From Octopus sinensis (lineage: Eukaryota): 64,000 bases of DNA. The notes beneath the pieces were generated by a model. That model searched no databases. It saw nothing but the letters and a program-made list of their open reading frames with translations, and was not told the DNA's origin. The DNA lies in NCBI RefSeq assembly GCF_006345805.1, contig NC_043009.1, forward strand, positions 63,054,001 through 63,118,000, given 5' to 3'. This document shows, one piece after another, positions 29,190 through 41,745 of this stretch (its first letter is position 1; every line of letters begins with the position of its first letter). The position numbers were made by a program, and so were the translations under genes.

Positions 29190-29930
29190 ATGGTGGTGGT
29201 GGTGGTGGTGATGGCAGTGGTGGGGAGGGATGGTGTTAGTGGTGGTGATGATGATGGTGGTGGTGGTGATGTCAGAGGTGGAGAGTGATGGTGTTGGTGA
29301 TGATGATGATGGTGTTGGTGGTGGTGGTGGTGGTGGGGAGTGATGGTGTTAGTGGTGGTGGTGATGATGATGGTGGTGGTGATGTCAGAGGTGGAGAGTG
29401 ATGGTGTTGGTGATGATGATGATGGTGGTGGTGGTGGTGATGGTGGTGGTGGTGGTGGTGTTAGTGGTGGGGATGATGGTGGTGGTGGTGGTGGTGGTGG
29501 TGGTGGTGGTGGTAATGATGGGTGTAGTGATAAGGTGGTGATGGTGTTAGTGGTAGGGTGATGATGGTGATAGTGGTGGTGGTGGTGGTAATGATGGTAG
29601 TGGTGGTGGTGGTGGTGGTAATGATGGTAGTGGTGGTGGTGGTGGTGGTAATGATGGTAGTGGTGGTGGTGGTGGTGGTAATGATGGTAGTGGTGGTGGT
29701 GGTGGTGGTAATGATGGTAGTGGTGGTGGTGGTGGTGGTAATGATGGTAGTGGTGGTGGTGGTGGTGGTAATGATGGTAGTGGTGGTGGTGGTGGTGGTA
29801 ATGATGGTAGTGGTGGTGGTGGTGGTGGTAATGATGGTAGTGGTGGTGGTGGGTAGTGACAGTAGTAGCAGCAGTGGTGGTGGTGAGGATGATGATGATG
29901 ACGATGATAATGGTGATGATGACGATTACA
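29190..29930 (+). repeat. (GGT)/(GAT) array with perfect 30-bp higher-order unit
   Basis: GGTGGTGGTAATGATGGTAGTGGTGGTGGT about nine times at 29581-29850. Confidence 0.95.
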
Positions 29931-30515
29931 TTATAATGTCTTGGTTAAGATGTTAGGTTATTTTGACTATGATAATCAGAGTCATGTGACCTACCCAGAG
30001 GAAGAACTCAATAGGGGCAGCAAGGTTTGAACTGATAACCATGAGATTAGTTGTCCAGAAGCTTCTTAACCTTGCAACTATTCTGTCTCTTTTACCCCTT
30101 GGCCGTATGGTAAGAAGTTTGCTTCCCAACTATATGGTTCTGGGTTCAATCCCACTGCATGGCACCTTGGGTGAGTTTTTTCTACTTTTTCTTCATACTA
30201 GCCAAAGCCTTGTGAGTGGATTTGGTTGATAGAAACTAAAAGAAGCCCATTGTGTATATGTATGTGTGTGTGTTTGTTTGTCCCCTGCTACTAATTGACA
30301 ACCAGTGCTGGTGTGTTTACATCCCTGCAACTAAGCGTTTTGGCAAAAAGGTCCGATAGCATAAGTACTGGGCTTAAAAAATAAAAATTACTGGTGTTGA
30401 TTCATTCGACTAAAATTCTTCAAGATGTTGCCCCAGCATGGCCGCAGTCTAAAGACTGAAACAAGTAAAAGATAAAAGGCTTATGTCTAATTAAGAAATA
30501 ATTATATAATTATAT

Positions 30516-30935
30516 AGGTGCAGGAGTGGCTGTGTGGTAAGTAGCTTGCTTACCAACCACATGGTTCCGGGTTCATTCCCACATCGCGGCACCTTGGGTA
30601 AGTGTCTTCTACTATAGCCTCAGGCCGACCAAAGCCTTATGAGTGGATTTGGTAGACGGAAACTGAAAGAAGCCTGTCGTACATATGTATATATATATAT
30701 ATGTATGTGTGTGTATATGTTTGTGTGTCTGTGTTTGTGCCCCCAACATTGCTTGGCAACCAATGCTTGTGTGTTTACATCCCCGTAACTTAGCAGTTCG
30801 GCAAAAGAAACCGATAGAATAAGTACTAGGCTTCCAAAGAATATGTCCTGGGGTCGATTCGCTCGACTAAAGACGGTGCTCCAGCATGGCCACAGTCAAA
30901 TGACTGAAACAAGTAAAAGAATAAAAGAATAAAAA
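30516..30935 (+). mobile_element. SINE family A
   Basis: Full length, CCTTGGG(T)AAGTG CORE-like motif. Confidence 0.9.
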
Positions 30936-33254
30936 GAATAATCTTGGTAGATACAGTTAACGATATTCTACTCATCAGTTAATTTCCATGTACAAGGATT
31001 AATTTTAATTTGGTTTTTATTCCAAAAGCTGAGACAATCTTCTCTTGAAGATCGTTCATTTCTTGGAGAGCGGAATTCTGTGATTCTTTACGCTTATTAT
31101 ATGTGACATTTTGTTGTAGACTTCAGTTTTGATGAACGAGGAATGGCTGAAATCGGAGATAAATATTAAAATGTAAAAAACCGGATGCTAAAACGAAGAG
31201 AGTATTTTTATTACGGATCATGAAATCTAAGAAGACTGATGGGAGATTAAGCAACAGAGAAAAATGTGTGTAAAAGCTGGAGAAGACTCCATAAAGAAAT
31301 GTTGTAAAACTCAAGATATAAGTATGAGATCGGGGCAAAAGGAAAGGGGGCAGGATGTTAAGAAGAAGTTGAAGGGGAAATAGGAAATATTTTGTTATCA
31401 TCTATCTTATCTGTTTCAATCATTAGACCAAGGCCATGCTGGGGCACCACCTTGAAGGATTTTAGTTGAATGAATGAATGAACCCCAGGTTTTTTTTTTT
31501 TTTTAAGCTTGGTACTTATTTTATTGGTCTCTTTTTGCTGAGCTGCTAAGTTACAGGGATCACTTGTTATCATGATGGGATATGTGAGCAGATGTGTGTG
31601 CATAGGTGTGTGTATATGTGTGTATGTGTGTGTGGAGGCACATGGCTGAGTGGTTAGGATGTTGTCATCACTTATTATCATGTGGGAATGGGGGATCAAA
31701 CACACACACACACACACATACACACACACACACACAACACACACACACACAACACACACACAATGGACTTCTTTCAGTTTCTTATTTCGTTATTGCCCAC
31801 AAGGAGCTAAACGTAGAGGGGACAAACAAGGACAGACAAAGGGATTAAGTCGATTACATCAACCCCAGTGCATAACTGGTACTTAATTTATCGACCCCGA
31901 AAAGATGAAAGGCAAAGTCAACCTCAGCGGAATTTGAACTCAGAATGTAACGGTAGACGAAATACTGTTAAGCATTTTGCCTGGCATGCTAACGTTTCTG
32001 CCAGCTCACCACCTTCTGTTAGTTTCTGTCTACCAAATCCACTCACAGGGCTTTGGTCTGCCCAAGGTGTCATGCTGTGGGACTGAACCTGGAACCCTGT
32101 GGTTGGTAAGCAATCTTCTTACCATACTTACTACAAGCATTCTTTTCTTCTTTTATGTGTTGCAGCCAGGTGGCTGTGGTCAGGCTGGAGCACCATCAGA
32201 GTTGAAGAGGGAATTGTTATGAGGAAAAAGAAATTCTTAAACCAAATATGGCAACAGGGAGAGTTGTTAAGGGAGCAGAGATACGGAATAAAAAGATGGG
32301 AGAGAGATGATAATACATCACTAGTTTCCTCTTTCATTTTTTCATCTTCTGCTGCTGTTTCCATTCTTCCTGTTGTCCATTTTTGTTGCTATTGAGGTTG
32401 TCATCATCATCAATGATAGCAGAGAGAAAGATACTAGAAAGAAAGATAAAAAAAGAGAGAGGGAGATAAAAAAAGAAGAGAGGGTAAAAAGAAGTAGAGA
32501 GAAAGAGAGATAAAAAGGAGAGATGGGGAAATGAAGAGAGAGAGAGAGAGAGAAAAGGGAGAGTGATTATATTTATTTGGCGTTTGTCCATAGGATGTAT
32601 AATAGTATTTTATGAGTCAAGTTAAGAATATGGCAAGGAATTGCGAGATGGCAGATAGAATGGAGATGTTATATTGACTGGGACAAGCCATAGTGGTGAA
32701 AAGTCCCAAAAGTCTAAAGGAAAAGGTGGCTGCAGTTGGGAACAAGCCTTAAGTTGGGTCAGTGAGTCTGAGAGTGACGATGCTGATACTCAAGTGAAGA
32801 GATGTAGATCAAAGAAAGCAATGTTTGTAGGGAAACAACATTAAACTGATGATGATGATGATGATTATGCATGTATGATATATTAATATATATGTATAAT
32901 ATATTTATATGTATAGTATATATATGTGTGTGGTAAGAAGCTCACTTCCCAAACACATGGTTCTGGGTTCAGTCCCGCTGTATGGCACCTTGGGCAAGTG
33001 TCTTCTACTATAGCTTGTCTTAACCAATGCCTTGTGAGTGGATTTGGTAGATGGAAACTGAAAGAAACCTGTCATATGTGTGTGTGTGTGTGTGTGTATT
33101 TGTTGTGTTTGTGTGTGTGTGTCTGTTTTTGTTCCCCCACCATCACTTGACAACCGATGCTGATGTCTTTACGTTCCCAAAACTTAGTGGTTTGATAAAA
33201 AAAGCTGATAGAATAAGTACTAAACTTACAAAGAATAAGTCCTGGGCTCTTATA

Positions 33255-33495
33255 CAATATAATATTATATAATATAATATAATATAATATAATATAATAT
33301 AATATAATATAATATAATATAATATAATAATATAATATAATATATATAATATGATATGATATGATGTGATATATAATATATATGATATGATATATGATAT
33401 GATATTTGATATAACATAACATAATATAATATAATATAATATAATATAGTATAGTATAGTATAGTATAGTATAATATAATATTATGTAATATAAT
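33255..33495. repeat. (TATAA)n/(TATGA)n/(TATAG)n pentanucleotide array
   Basis: Direct inspection. Confidence 0.95.
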
Positions 33496-34080
33496 AAAAT
33501 ATTTTAATTAAGTGGTGTAGATGGACATTATGTCTTCTATATGTGGCAATGTATCGATATTTTACAATAGATTCAATTAAGCACGTTTCTCATAAATATA
33601 TCATTGAAATTCTTATAATAATTTATAAAACTAAATATGAGATAAAACATATTACGTTAATAGTAATTACAACTTTAGTGTACTTAGTTTTAATATAAAT
33701 TCTCTATAAATAGTATCTGGTAATGTCTAGTTTTTGCTTTTGCCTACAAAGTTTATATTGACTGTAGATTCATGCACAAATATTGATGACGCAAAACAAT
33801 TAAATGGTGATTAGCAAGCAGTTCTGATGTGTCATATTTTTTTTTGTTGTCTTCAGTATTTTAACAATCACAGGCATAAACTACTGGATGAATGTTACCT
33901 CCCTCTCTCCTGCTCTCTCTCTCTCTCTCTGCCATCTTTCTCTCTCACTCACTTTAATCTTTCTCCCTCTCTCTCTCTCCCTATAACATCTTTTTCACCC
34001 TAACTACCACACCACCACCAATAAAAACCATCATATGTTACATATGCACATGCACGAATATATCAAACGTATTTGTTATA

Positions 34081-34142
<62 letters not shown>

Positions 34143-34145
<3 letters not shown>

Positions 34146-34489
34146 CGGAGATGTACTTTCATAGCAAGTGATTTGATCTGAGATCGTGTGCTGGAACGAA
34201 AACAATTGCAGCGTGGAAGGTGTTTATAAGCCATTTAAGAAACACAGAAAAGCCGTTCGATTCACTTCAACATTTAAGTTTAATTTGTCAAAATATTTTC
34301 GTCGCTTTAAGACCGCGACCTGTTCACTGACAAATATCCGCGATGCAGCATGGATTTTTGTCAGTGAAGAGGTCGCGGATTTTAGCGACGAAAATATTTT
34401 GGCAAATTAAACTTAAATGTTGAAGTGAATCGAACGGCTTTTGTGTGTTTCTTAAATGGCTTACAAACACCTTCCACACTGCAATTGTT

Positions 34490-34490
<1 letters not shown>
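34143..34490. repeat. Foldback repeat (arms ~34200-34340 / 34348-34490) with hammerhead-like motifs, probable PLE pseudo-LTR
   Basis: Inverted arms of about 140 bp between (TA)n tracts; the same family recurs at 41535-41745. Confidence 0.8.
34283..34335 (-). ncRNA. Hammerhead-like motif with swapped G3-C8 core
   Basis: ATTTGTCA GTGAACA G GTCGC-ggtcttaaa-GCGAC GAAA ATAT TT TGACAAAT: 8-bp stem I, 5-bp stem II, palindromic AATATT. Confidence 0.6.
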
Positions 34491-34528
<38 letters not shown>

Positions 34529-34533
<5 letters not shown>

Positions 34534-34761
34534 TTGATCACTTTGACCGACCAGTCTGTCAGGTGTCCATTTGACACCGCTGGTCACAGCACGCTGTCCA
34601 CTCCTCTCTGGATCGGGCCTTTCTCATCCACGTGATCCCAATCGTCCTCTTGAAATCGTCACTCCACCGTCGTGGAGGTCTTCCGGGTGGTCTTTTCCGC
34701 TCACGCGGGTACCACTCGACAACTGCGTGCGTCCACCGATTATCGGCTCACCGGCTCACCG
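34529..34761 (-). mobile_element. RTE-like LINE 3' fragment inserted in (TA)n
   Basis: DNRWTHAVVEWYPRERKRPPGRPPRRWSDD..WMRKARSREEW; CpG-rich. Confidence 0.8.
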
Positions 34762-35109
34762 ATATATATATATATATATATATATAGATATATATGAAAA
34801 TAATGGTTTTTTTTAAAAACAATGCCCATTCTAAAACGCACACATCTGAGTGTGTCATAGGTCAACCAACGGGTTGAAATGTCTCTTTTGGAGAATTCTT
34901 CCCTGATGAAATACCCAATTAACCAGTTTCAACATTAAACTTTAAATTAAATTAATTTAACTTAATTTGATTTAATTTCTGTAATTGAACTAATTGGATA
35001 TGAAAATGGTTGTAGGACTGGAATTTCATTATATGGATTTTAATATCTTTAAATAAACTGATGTCTGCATTTCAATTTCTCCATTTTCTTCTTTTTCTCA
35101 TATATATGA

Positions 35110-35442
35110 TGCATGGCTCAGTGGTTAGAGCGTCGATCTTACGACTGTGAGGTTGTGAGTTCGAATCCCGGACCGGGCTGTGTGTTGTGTTCTTGAGCAA
35201 AACACTTTATTTCACGTTGCCCCAGTTCACTCAGCTGTAGAAATGAGTTGCGACGTCACAGGTGCCAAGCTGTGGTGGCCCCTTTGCCTTTCCCTTGGAT
35301 AACACTGGTGGCATGGAGAGGGAAGGTTGGTATGCACGGGCGACTGCTGGTCTTCCATAAATAACCTTGCTCGGACTTGTACCTCGGAAGGTAACTTTCT
35401 AGGTGCAATCCCACGGTCAGTCATGACCAAAGGGGGTCTCCC
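35110..35442 (+). mobile_element. tRNA-derived SINE family D (V-domain-like)
   Basis: TGGCTCAGTGG A box, GTTCGAATCC B box, TTCTTGAGCAAAACACTT; related heads at 22444-22765, 36265-36385 (-), 56025-56120. Confidence 0.75.
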
Positions 35443-35607
35443 ATATATTATAGAATATAGAATATGAGGGGTTTAGTTCACTGGTGATCTAAACGAATAG
35501 GTACGCTGGGTAAGTGCTATAGTTGGTTGGACCATTAGGTTCCACGATCACAGCTGAGGCAGGATCTAGGGACCTGTGTTAGGGTTCTGTTACAGCAGGT
35601 GTATGTT

Positions 35608-35773
35608 ATATTAGAGGAAAAAGCAAAACCAAGGCAGAACGAGGATCTCAAGTCATTTAAAATAATTTAATTAGGCTAAGGTGAATGACTTTAAATTCAC
35701 CTTACCCTAATTAAATTATTCTAAATGACTTGAGATCCTTGTTCTGCCTTGGTTTTGCTTTTTTCTCTAATAT
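35608..35773. repeat. ~165-bp near-perfect palindrome
   Basis: ATATTAGAG..GGTGAAT / ATTCACC..CTCTAATAT with a short loop near 35691. Confidence 0.85.
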
Positions 35774-35818
35774 GTGTATATATATATACACACACATGTA
35801 TTTTATTAATTATTGGCA

Positions 35819-35849
<31 letters not shown>

Positions 35850-35853
<4 letters not shown>

Positions 35854-36022
35854 TGCAGGAGTGGCTATGTGGTAAGTAGCTTGCTTATGAACCACATGGT
35901 TCTGGGTTCAATCCCATTGCGTGGCACCTTGGGCAAGTGACTTCTACTATAGCCTCGGGCCGACCAAAGCCTTGTGAGTGGATTTGGTAGACAGAAACTG
36001 AAAGAAGCCCATCGTATATATG

Positions 36023-36053
<31 letters not shown>

Positions 36054-36260
36054 TTGTCTGTGTTTGTCCTCCCAACATTGCTTGACAACCAATGCTGGTG
36101 TGTTTATGTCCCTGTAACTTAGTGGTTCGGCAAAAGAGACTGATAGAATAAATACTAGGCTTACAAAGAATAAGTCCTGGGGTCGATTTGCTCGACTAAA
36201 GGCAGTGCTCTAGCATGGCTGCAGTCAAATGGCTGAAACAAGTAAAAGAGTAAAGAGATA
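35850..36260 (+). mobile_element. SINE family A
   Basis: Full length after (TA)n. Confidence 0.9.
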
Positions 36261-37548
36261 TATATGACTGGAGCAATGTGAAATGAAGTGTTTTGTTCAA
36301 GAACACAACACATCACCCAGTCCAGGAATTGAAAGCAGAAACTTACACCCATGAGGGCAACACCCTAACCACTCAGCCATGTGCCTCCACACACACATAC
36401 ACACATATACACACACATCTGCTCACATATACATGAACATATATGTACCTATACACACACACATATACATACATGTGTATGCACATATACACATATACAC
36501 TCACATATACACACATATACACACACACATTCTACTATGTATATGTACAAGGCAGTGTGTTGGTCATTGTTAGATTGTCATGTGGTATTTACTCCAGCTC
36601 ACTACGTTCTGTGTTCAAATTATGCTAAAGTCATCTGTAAATTTGGTGTTGATTGATAAAGGACCAGACCTTTGGCATAACTGTTTAGCCATTGGAATGG
36701 GGTGCCTTGTGGTATTTGATCCCGCTCTATGTGTCTTTACTTAAGAGAACCCATCCCTAACTGGATACACTCTCTTGGAAACCCATTTAGTATGTGACTG
36801 AGTATTCCTCTAGTGCAGAAATGGCATTGCAGCATTCCAAAAATATCAGTGAACATTTGAATAATTCTGTTGTGCAGCTGTATCATTCTTCAGCATTTCA
36901 TGAAGTGCCATGACTGTTATGGTAGTAAGCTGTAATCTCCAAGTTAAGTTGTTATTTAAGAAGCTTAAACGTTATTATAATCAATGTGCTAATAATTACA
37001 TCATGTGATGGTAACTTGCACCTTCCTCCTCCACCACCACTACCTCCTCCTCCCCCTCCTCCCCCTCCTCCTCCTCCCCCTCCTCCTCCGCTGCTATCAC
37101 TGCAGCTTGAATTGTGTCCAATCTTTTTGTGTGATGTTTCTTGGGAAATTTGTACACGAAAATGGAAGCATTTCATTCCATCGTTTTACCAGCCTAGTTT
37201 AGAGGGAGTCTGTAGATACAGACCTCAACTTGTATTAAGTTGGAATTTTAAATATTATTACGATGATATGAAGATGCTATTAACTGGTATTAACTGGTAT
37301 TAATTAGTATTTAGATGGAGGTGGGAAGCTGGCAGAATCGTTAGCACATCAAAGAAAATGCTTTGTGGAATTTTGTTCCTCTTTAGATTCTGAGTTCCTA
37401 TTGTGCCAACGTTGACTTTAACTTTTATCCTTTCAGGGTTGATAAAATAAATATCAGTTGATCATTGGGGTCGATGTTGCTGGCCTGATGCCAAAATTTG
37501 AAACTATTAATTAGTATTAAGATGGGTTTCATCTTAATATCAAGTTTC

Positions 37549-37764
37549 TTAACCCTTTCAATACCAACCCAGGCTCTGTAATACAAGTGTCTTGTTTTCA
37601 AAAGTTTTGAATTAAACTCTTCCACCAAGCCTTAGTCACAATTGATGTTCCTAACACTAGCTTAATGATAACGAAGTTATTTTACCAAATTCTTTGTTAT
37701 AGTTAAAATTTAATTGAAAGACACACAGAGCATCTCAAAAGAAATATAGTAACGAAAGGATTAA
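37549..37764. mobile_element. piggyBac-type MITE (copy 1)
   Basis: TTAA|CCCTTTC...GAAAGGA|TTAA; about 210 bp. Confidence 0.75.
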
Positions 37765-37891
37765 GAAGAAAAATAATCAGCTGAAAGTATGAGAAGAAAC
37801 CTCAGTATGATAGAAATAATAGCCTAAATTTCCTTCAATCCTCACCCTTCCAACTCCTTCTAATGTCCATCTGCCCAATGTAGAGGTGTGT

Positions 37892-38114
37892 TTAACCCTT
37901 TTGATACCAATCTGACTGAAACCACCTCTGTCGTACAAATATCTTGCTTTCATAAGTTTTGAATTAAAATCTTCCACCAAACCTTAGTCACAATCTGTTC
38001 TTAACACTAGCTTTAATGATAACTGAGTTATTTTACTAAATTCTTTGTTATATTTAAAATTAATCGAAAGAGACACAGAGAATCTCAAAAGAAATATGGT
38101 AACGAAAGGGTGAA
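37892..38114. mobile_element. piggyBac-type MITE (copy 2)
   Basis: TTAA|CCCTTT...GAAAGGG|TGAA; highly similar to copy 1; partial third copy at about 59620-59722. Confidence 0.75.
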
Positions 38115-38544
38115 AGAGCATCTTAGCTTTCTTCAGTAGCTTGCTTGGAAATTACAATTCCCATATGGAACCATGATACAATAGAAATAGAACTATACAT
38201 AGAATCATTGATATTTCTGGAATGCTGTTAGCATATATTGTCATTGTAATTTCTGTTATCCTCCATGGGATGACATTTGTTTTTAGAAAAATCGTTAATT
38301 TTTATGACCATAGAATTTTGCAATTGGGGAAATGTAAATGTTTTAAAAATATTTCATCATCTGAGACAGTTTGAATTGAGATTGCATTGGAAACAATAGC
38401 TGATGCATATTTATAAAAAAAAAAACAATTTAATCTTGAAATTCTTCCAGCAGAGACACACATATGACCACACACATAGTTACATACACATACAGAGACA
38501 TAAACTGACACAGTCAAAGTAACACATTCATTCACGTGTGTGTA

Positions 38545-38760
38545 TATTCTTTTATTCTCTTACTTGTTTCAGTCATTTGACTGTGGCCACACTGGAGCAC
38601 TGCCTTTAGTCAAACAAATTGTCCTTGGGACTTATTCTTTATAATCCTAGTACTTATTTTATCATTCTCTTCTGCCAAACTGTAAAGTTACGGGGACATA
38701 AACACACCAACATCGGTTGTCAAGTAATGGTGGAGGGGAACAAGCACAAACACACAAATA

Positions 38761-38805
<45 letters not shown>

Positions 38806-38970
38806 GACGGACTTCTTTCAGTTTCCGTCTACCAAATCCACTCACAAGGCTTTGGCCGGCCTGAGGCTATAGTAGAAGACACTTGCCCAAGGTACCACGC
38901 AGTGGGACTGAACCTGGAACCATGTGGTTGGGAAGCAAGCTACTTACCACACAGCCACTCCTGTGCCTGC
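38545..38970 (-). mobile_element. SINE family A
   Basis: Full-length reverse copy. Confidence 0.9.
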
Positions 38971-39624
38971 GGGAGTGGCTGTGTGGTGTGTATATTGTTT
39001 TCCCATATATTTGAATGGTCAGTTTAGAATATGATTTTTATGGATAGTTAGTTGGGTTGTGAGTATAACTAGTTCTGATCAGTTTAGGTCAATGCGACAG
39101 ACATAAATTTGCAGAATTAATAATCCATGTGACCTTTCCTAATTATAGCAAATTATTTAACATTGCTTGGAAAAATATTTTCATGGGACTGTAAGCTAAC
39201 ATTAGCAAGTTCTCATCAGCCGCGTTTGGTTATGCATTCAATCTCTAATTTTAGACTGGAAATAATACATTTTCAGTAAGGACATAATTAAAAGGTTGAT
39301 GACTAGAAATTTAAAAGTTCAAATTCTTTGTTCTGTAGATTCTTTGAGATTTACTAGGAGAAATGACTGTGTTTTTCTGTGAAGTGAGGGTATAACTACA
39401 TAGGGGACCCAAATATCAATTCAAATGCTCATTTCGTGATATACTAAATAGAGATTGCTGTATTTTTCTGAGAAGAAAATGGTATCTTTAAGTGAAAGCT
39501 CCATAATTGTTATTATAAGTTACTCATATTGCCTCAATCTTAAGCAAATTGAATGAAATAATCAAATGTTATGAGTGAAGAAACAGAACAACAAAGAGGA
39601 CCATTAATCTAATTTCCTTTCCAG

Positions 39625-39664
39625 CCCGAAAAGCAGACTGATTGAAGTGAGGTCTGCAGACAAA
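39625..39664 (+). other. Candidate 40-nt micro-exon
   Basis: ctaatttcctttccag acceptor with a branch-like CTAAT; donor AAA|GTAAGC; one open frame (PKSRLIEVRSADK) ends in phase 0, compatible with exon A. Confidence 0.3.
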
Positions 39665-39779
39665 GTAAGCACATTCTTCCTTAATGCCATTAATTCTGAT
39701 ATCAGGAGGACTGCTGGATTAATCTAATGGAACTGCAATGCAGTCGTTATCAAATGTTTCCAGGTTGTGAAGAATGGAG

Positions 39780-40940
39780 GAGTCTGAAGATGTGTCCCTT
39801 TGTATATTAAATTCCTTCCACTTAAATGCCTTGGACTCTAGGATGAGCATCCTTCATATAAGCATATGATAGTGATTTCCTTGTGGACATTAGGAAATCC
39901 CTCTCATACCATGATGTCTCCTATTGGATCAAAAAGAAGGATTGCCCCTTGGTCTCCATGCAAAGTTTCCATATGGAGCTATGAATGAAATCATAGATTT
40001 TGTTGGATTATTTGTGTGGAACAACCTCAAGAAGCTATCCCTTTTCTCCAATAACTGTGGCTAGTACAGAGACAATGGCCTGAAATTTTCAAGCAATATG
40101 ATTAGCCATACTGTGGATAAATTCAGAAAGAATTTAAGAGGAATCTTCAAAGACTTTGGTTTAAATATAAATATTGCTACCAATCTAACCACAATAAACT
40201 TCTTGAATGTAACTTTAGAATTCAAAACAAACTATTTAGACAGAAAGCCTATATGGAGACTATATTCAGAGGAATTCCAACAATCCCTAGCTATAATGAA
40301 AAATGGAGTAGCTGTTATTTGGTGAATAATCTCTAATTCATCCTCAAATAGAAATTTTTCAACAGAGATGCACCCTTCTTCAATCAAACATAAACAAAGG
40401 CAAGATGAGATATTTGTGTATATGAAGAATCCCCTCCAACTGAAGGGAATTATAAGGAGAAAAATAATCTACTTCAATCTTCCCTTCACTGTAAATGTTT
40501 CTGGGAACTGCTTTCTCCAAATTAGGCAAGTACCCGTAAACACCATATGGTTTTTAATGCACACAATGTTAAGGTGAGTTACACTTGCTTTCAGTATCAC
40601 ATGTTACTAGAGAAAAAATACTCAAGAAAGTTTCACCTTCCAAAGGTAGTTGTCTGTTGGGTAACTCTCAGTTTACTCAATATATGTTTGGGGGCAGGAA
40701 AAAATACACCTTCCTGTCCTATTGTATCTGAAGGCTCTGGAGTCAGGGTATAACCATATCCAACATAACTGGGAACATTCTTGACAAGGCCTCTCCCTCC
40801 TCATCTGGAGCACACAACTTTCATCTTTGTGAGAAACTGAACATATTGCAGTAGCCTACTGTATTCCTTAACAAGAAAACTGAACTGTCATTCTGTGTCC
40901 ACCAGAGGAGATCTCTGTGGGCTAATTTCAAGCCATTAAC
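39780..40940 (+). mobile_element. Highly degenerate Penelope-like RT/endonuclease remnant
   Basis: G*YRDNGL (about GLYRDDGL), FGLNINI..NFLNVTL, RKIIYFNLPF..NV, KVSYTC, WNILDKA, LNKKTEL..C.H, in the order expected for PLE ORFs. Confidence 0.7.
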
Positions 40941-41221
40941 CATGCAGACTTTCAAAATAAGGGAAATATTTCAAAATACAAAATAGGCTTAAGCATAGCT
41001 GTGTGGTTAAGAAGCTTGCTTTGCTACTATATGGTTTTGAGTTCAGTCCCACTTTGCAGCACCTTGGACAAGGATCTTCTACAGCCCCATGCTGACCAAT
41101 GCCTTGAATTTGGTAGATGGAAACTGTGTGGAAGCTTCACACACACAAACACATACTCACATTTATGTATGTATACATATATACTTATATATGTATACAT
41201 GTGTACATATACATATATATG

Positions 41222-41254
<33 letters not shown>

Positions 41255-41534
41255 TGTGTGTTTGTGCTTGACTTCCCCATTCTGCTTGACAACCGGTATT
41301 GGTTTGTTTACATACCTATAACTTAGCAGTTCAGCCTAAGAGACCAACAGAGTAAGTACCAAACTTTAAAAACAAAAACAAAACCAAGCAAAAAGAAAAA
41401 AAAACGAAAATAAGGACCAAGGACGATTTGTTTGACTAAAAACCCTTCAAGGCAGAGCCCCAGCATGGCCACAGTCCTCTGACTAAAACAAATTTAAGAT
41501 AAAAGACAAGAGATACAATTATATTATATTATAT

Positions 41535-41745
41535 GAGATGCAGCATGGAGTTTTGTCAGTGAAGAGGTCATGGTCAGAAAGCAACGAAAATATTTTGACA
41601 AATTAAATTTAAATGTTGAAGTGAATCTAACGGTTTTTATGTGTTTCTTAAATGGCTTATAAACACCTTCCACGCTGCAATTGTTTTCATTCCAGTGCAC
41701 GATCTCAGATCAGGTCACTTGCTATGCAAGTACATCTCCGTAATT
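41535..41745 (+). repeat. Solo copy of the 34.2-kb foldback family with degenerate hammerhead-like motif (41552-41602)
   Basis: TTTGTCA GTGAAGA GGTCATGG..GCAAC GAAA ATAT TT TGACAAA; downstream sequence matches the reverse complement of 34143-34290. Confidence 0.7.

Noticed and set aside
31100-31400. Purine-rich non-repetitive segment after acceptor-like ttttgttgtag
   Set aside because: No sustained open frame and no clear donor site.
36986-37303. Polyproline ORF
   Set aside because: A (CCT/CCA)n microsatellite without convincing splice sites.
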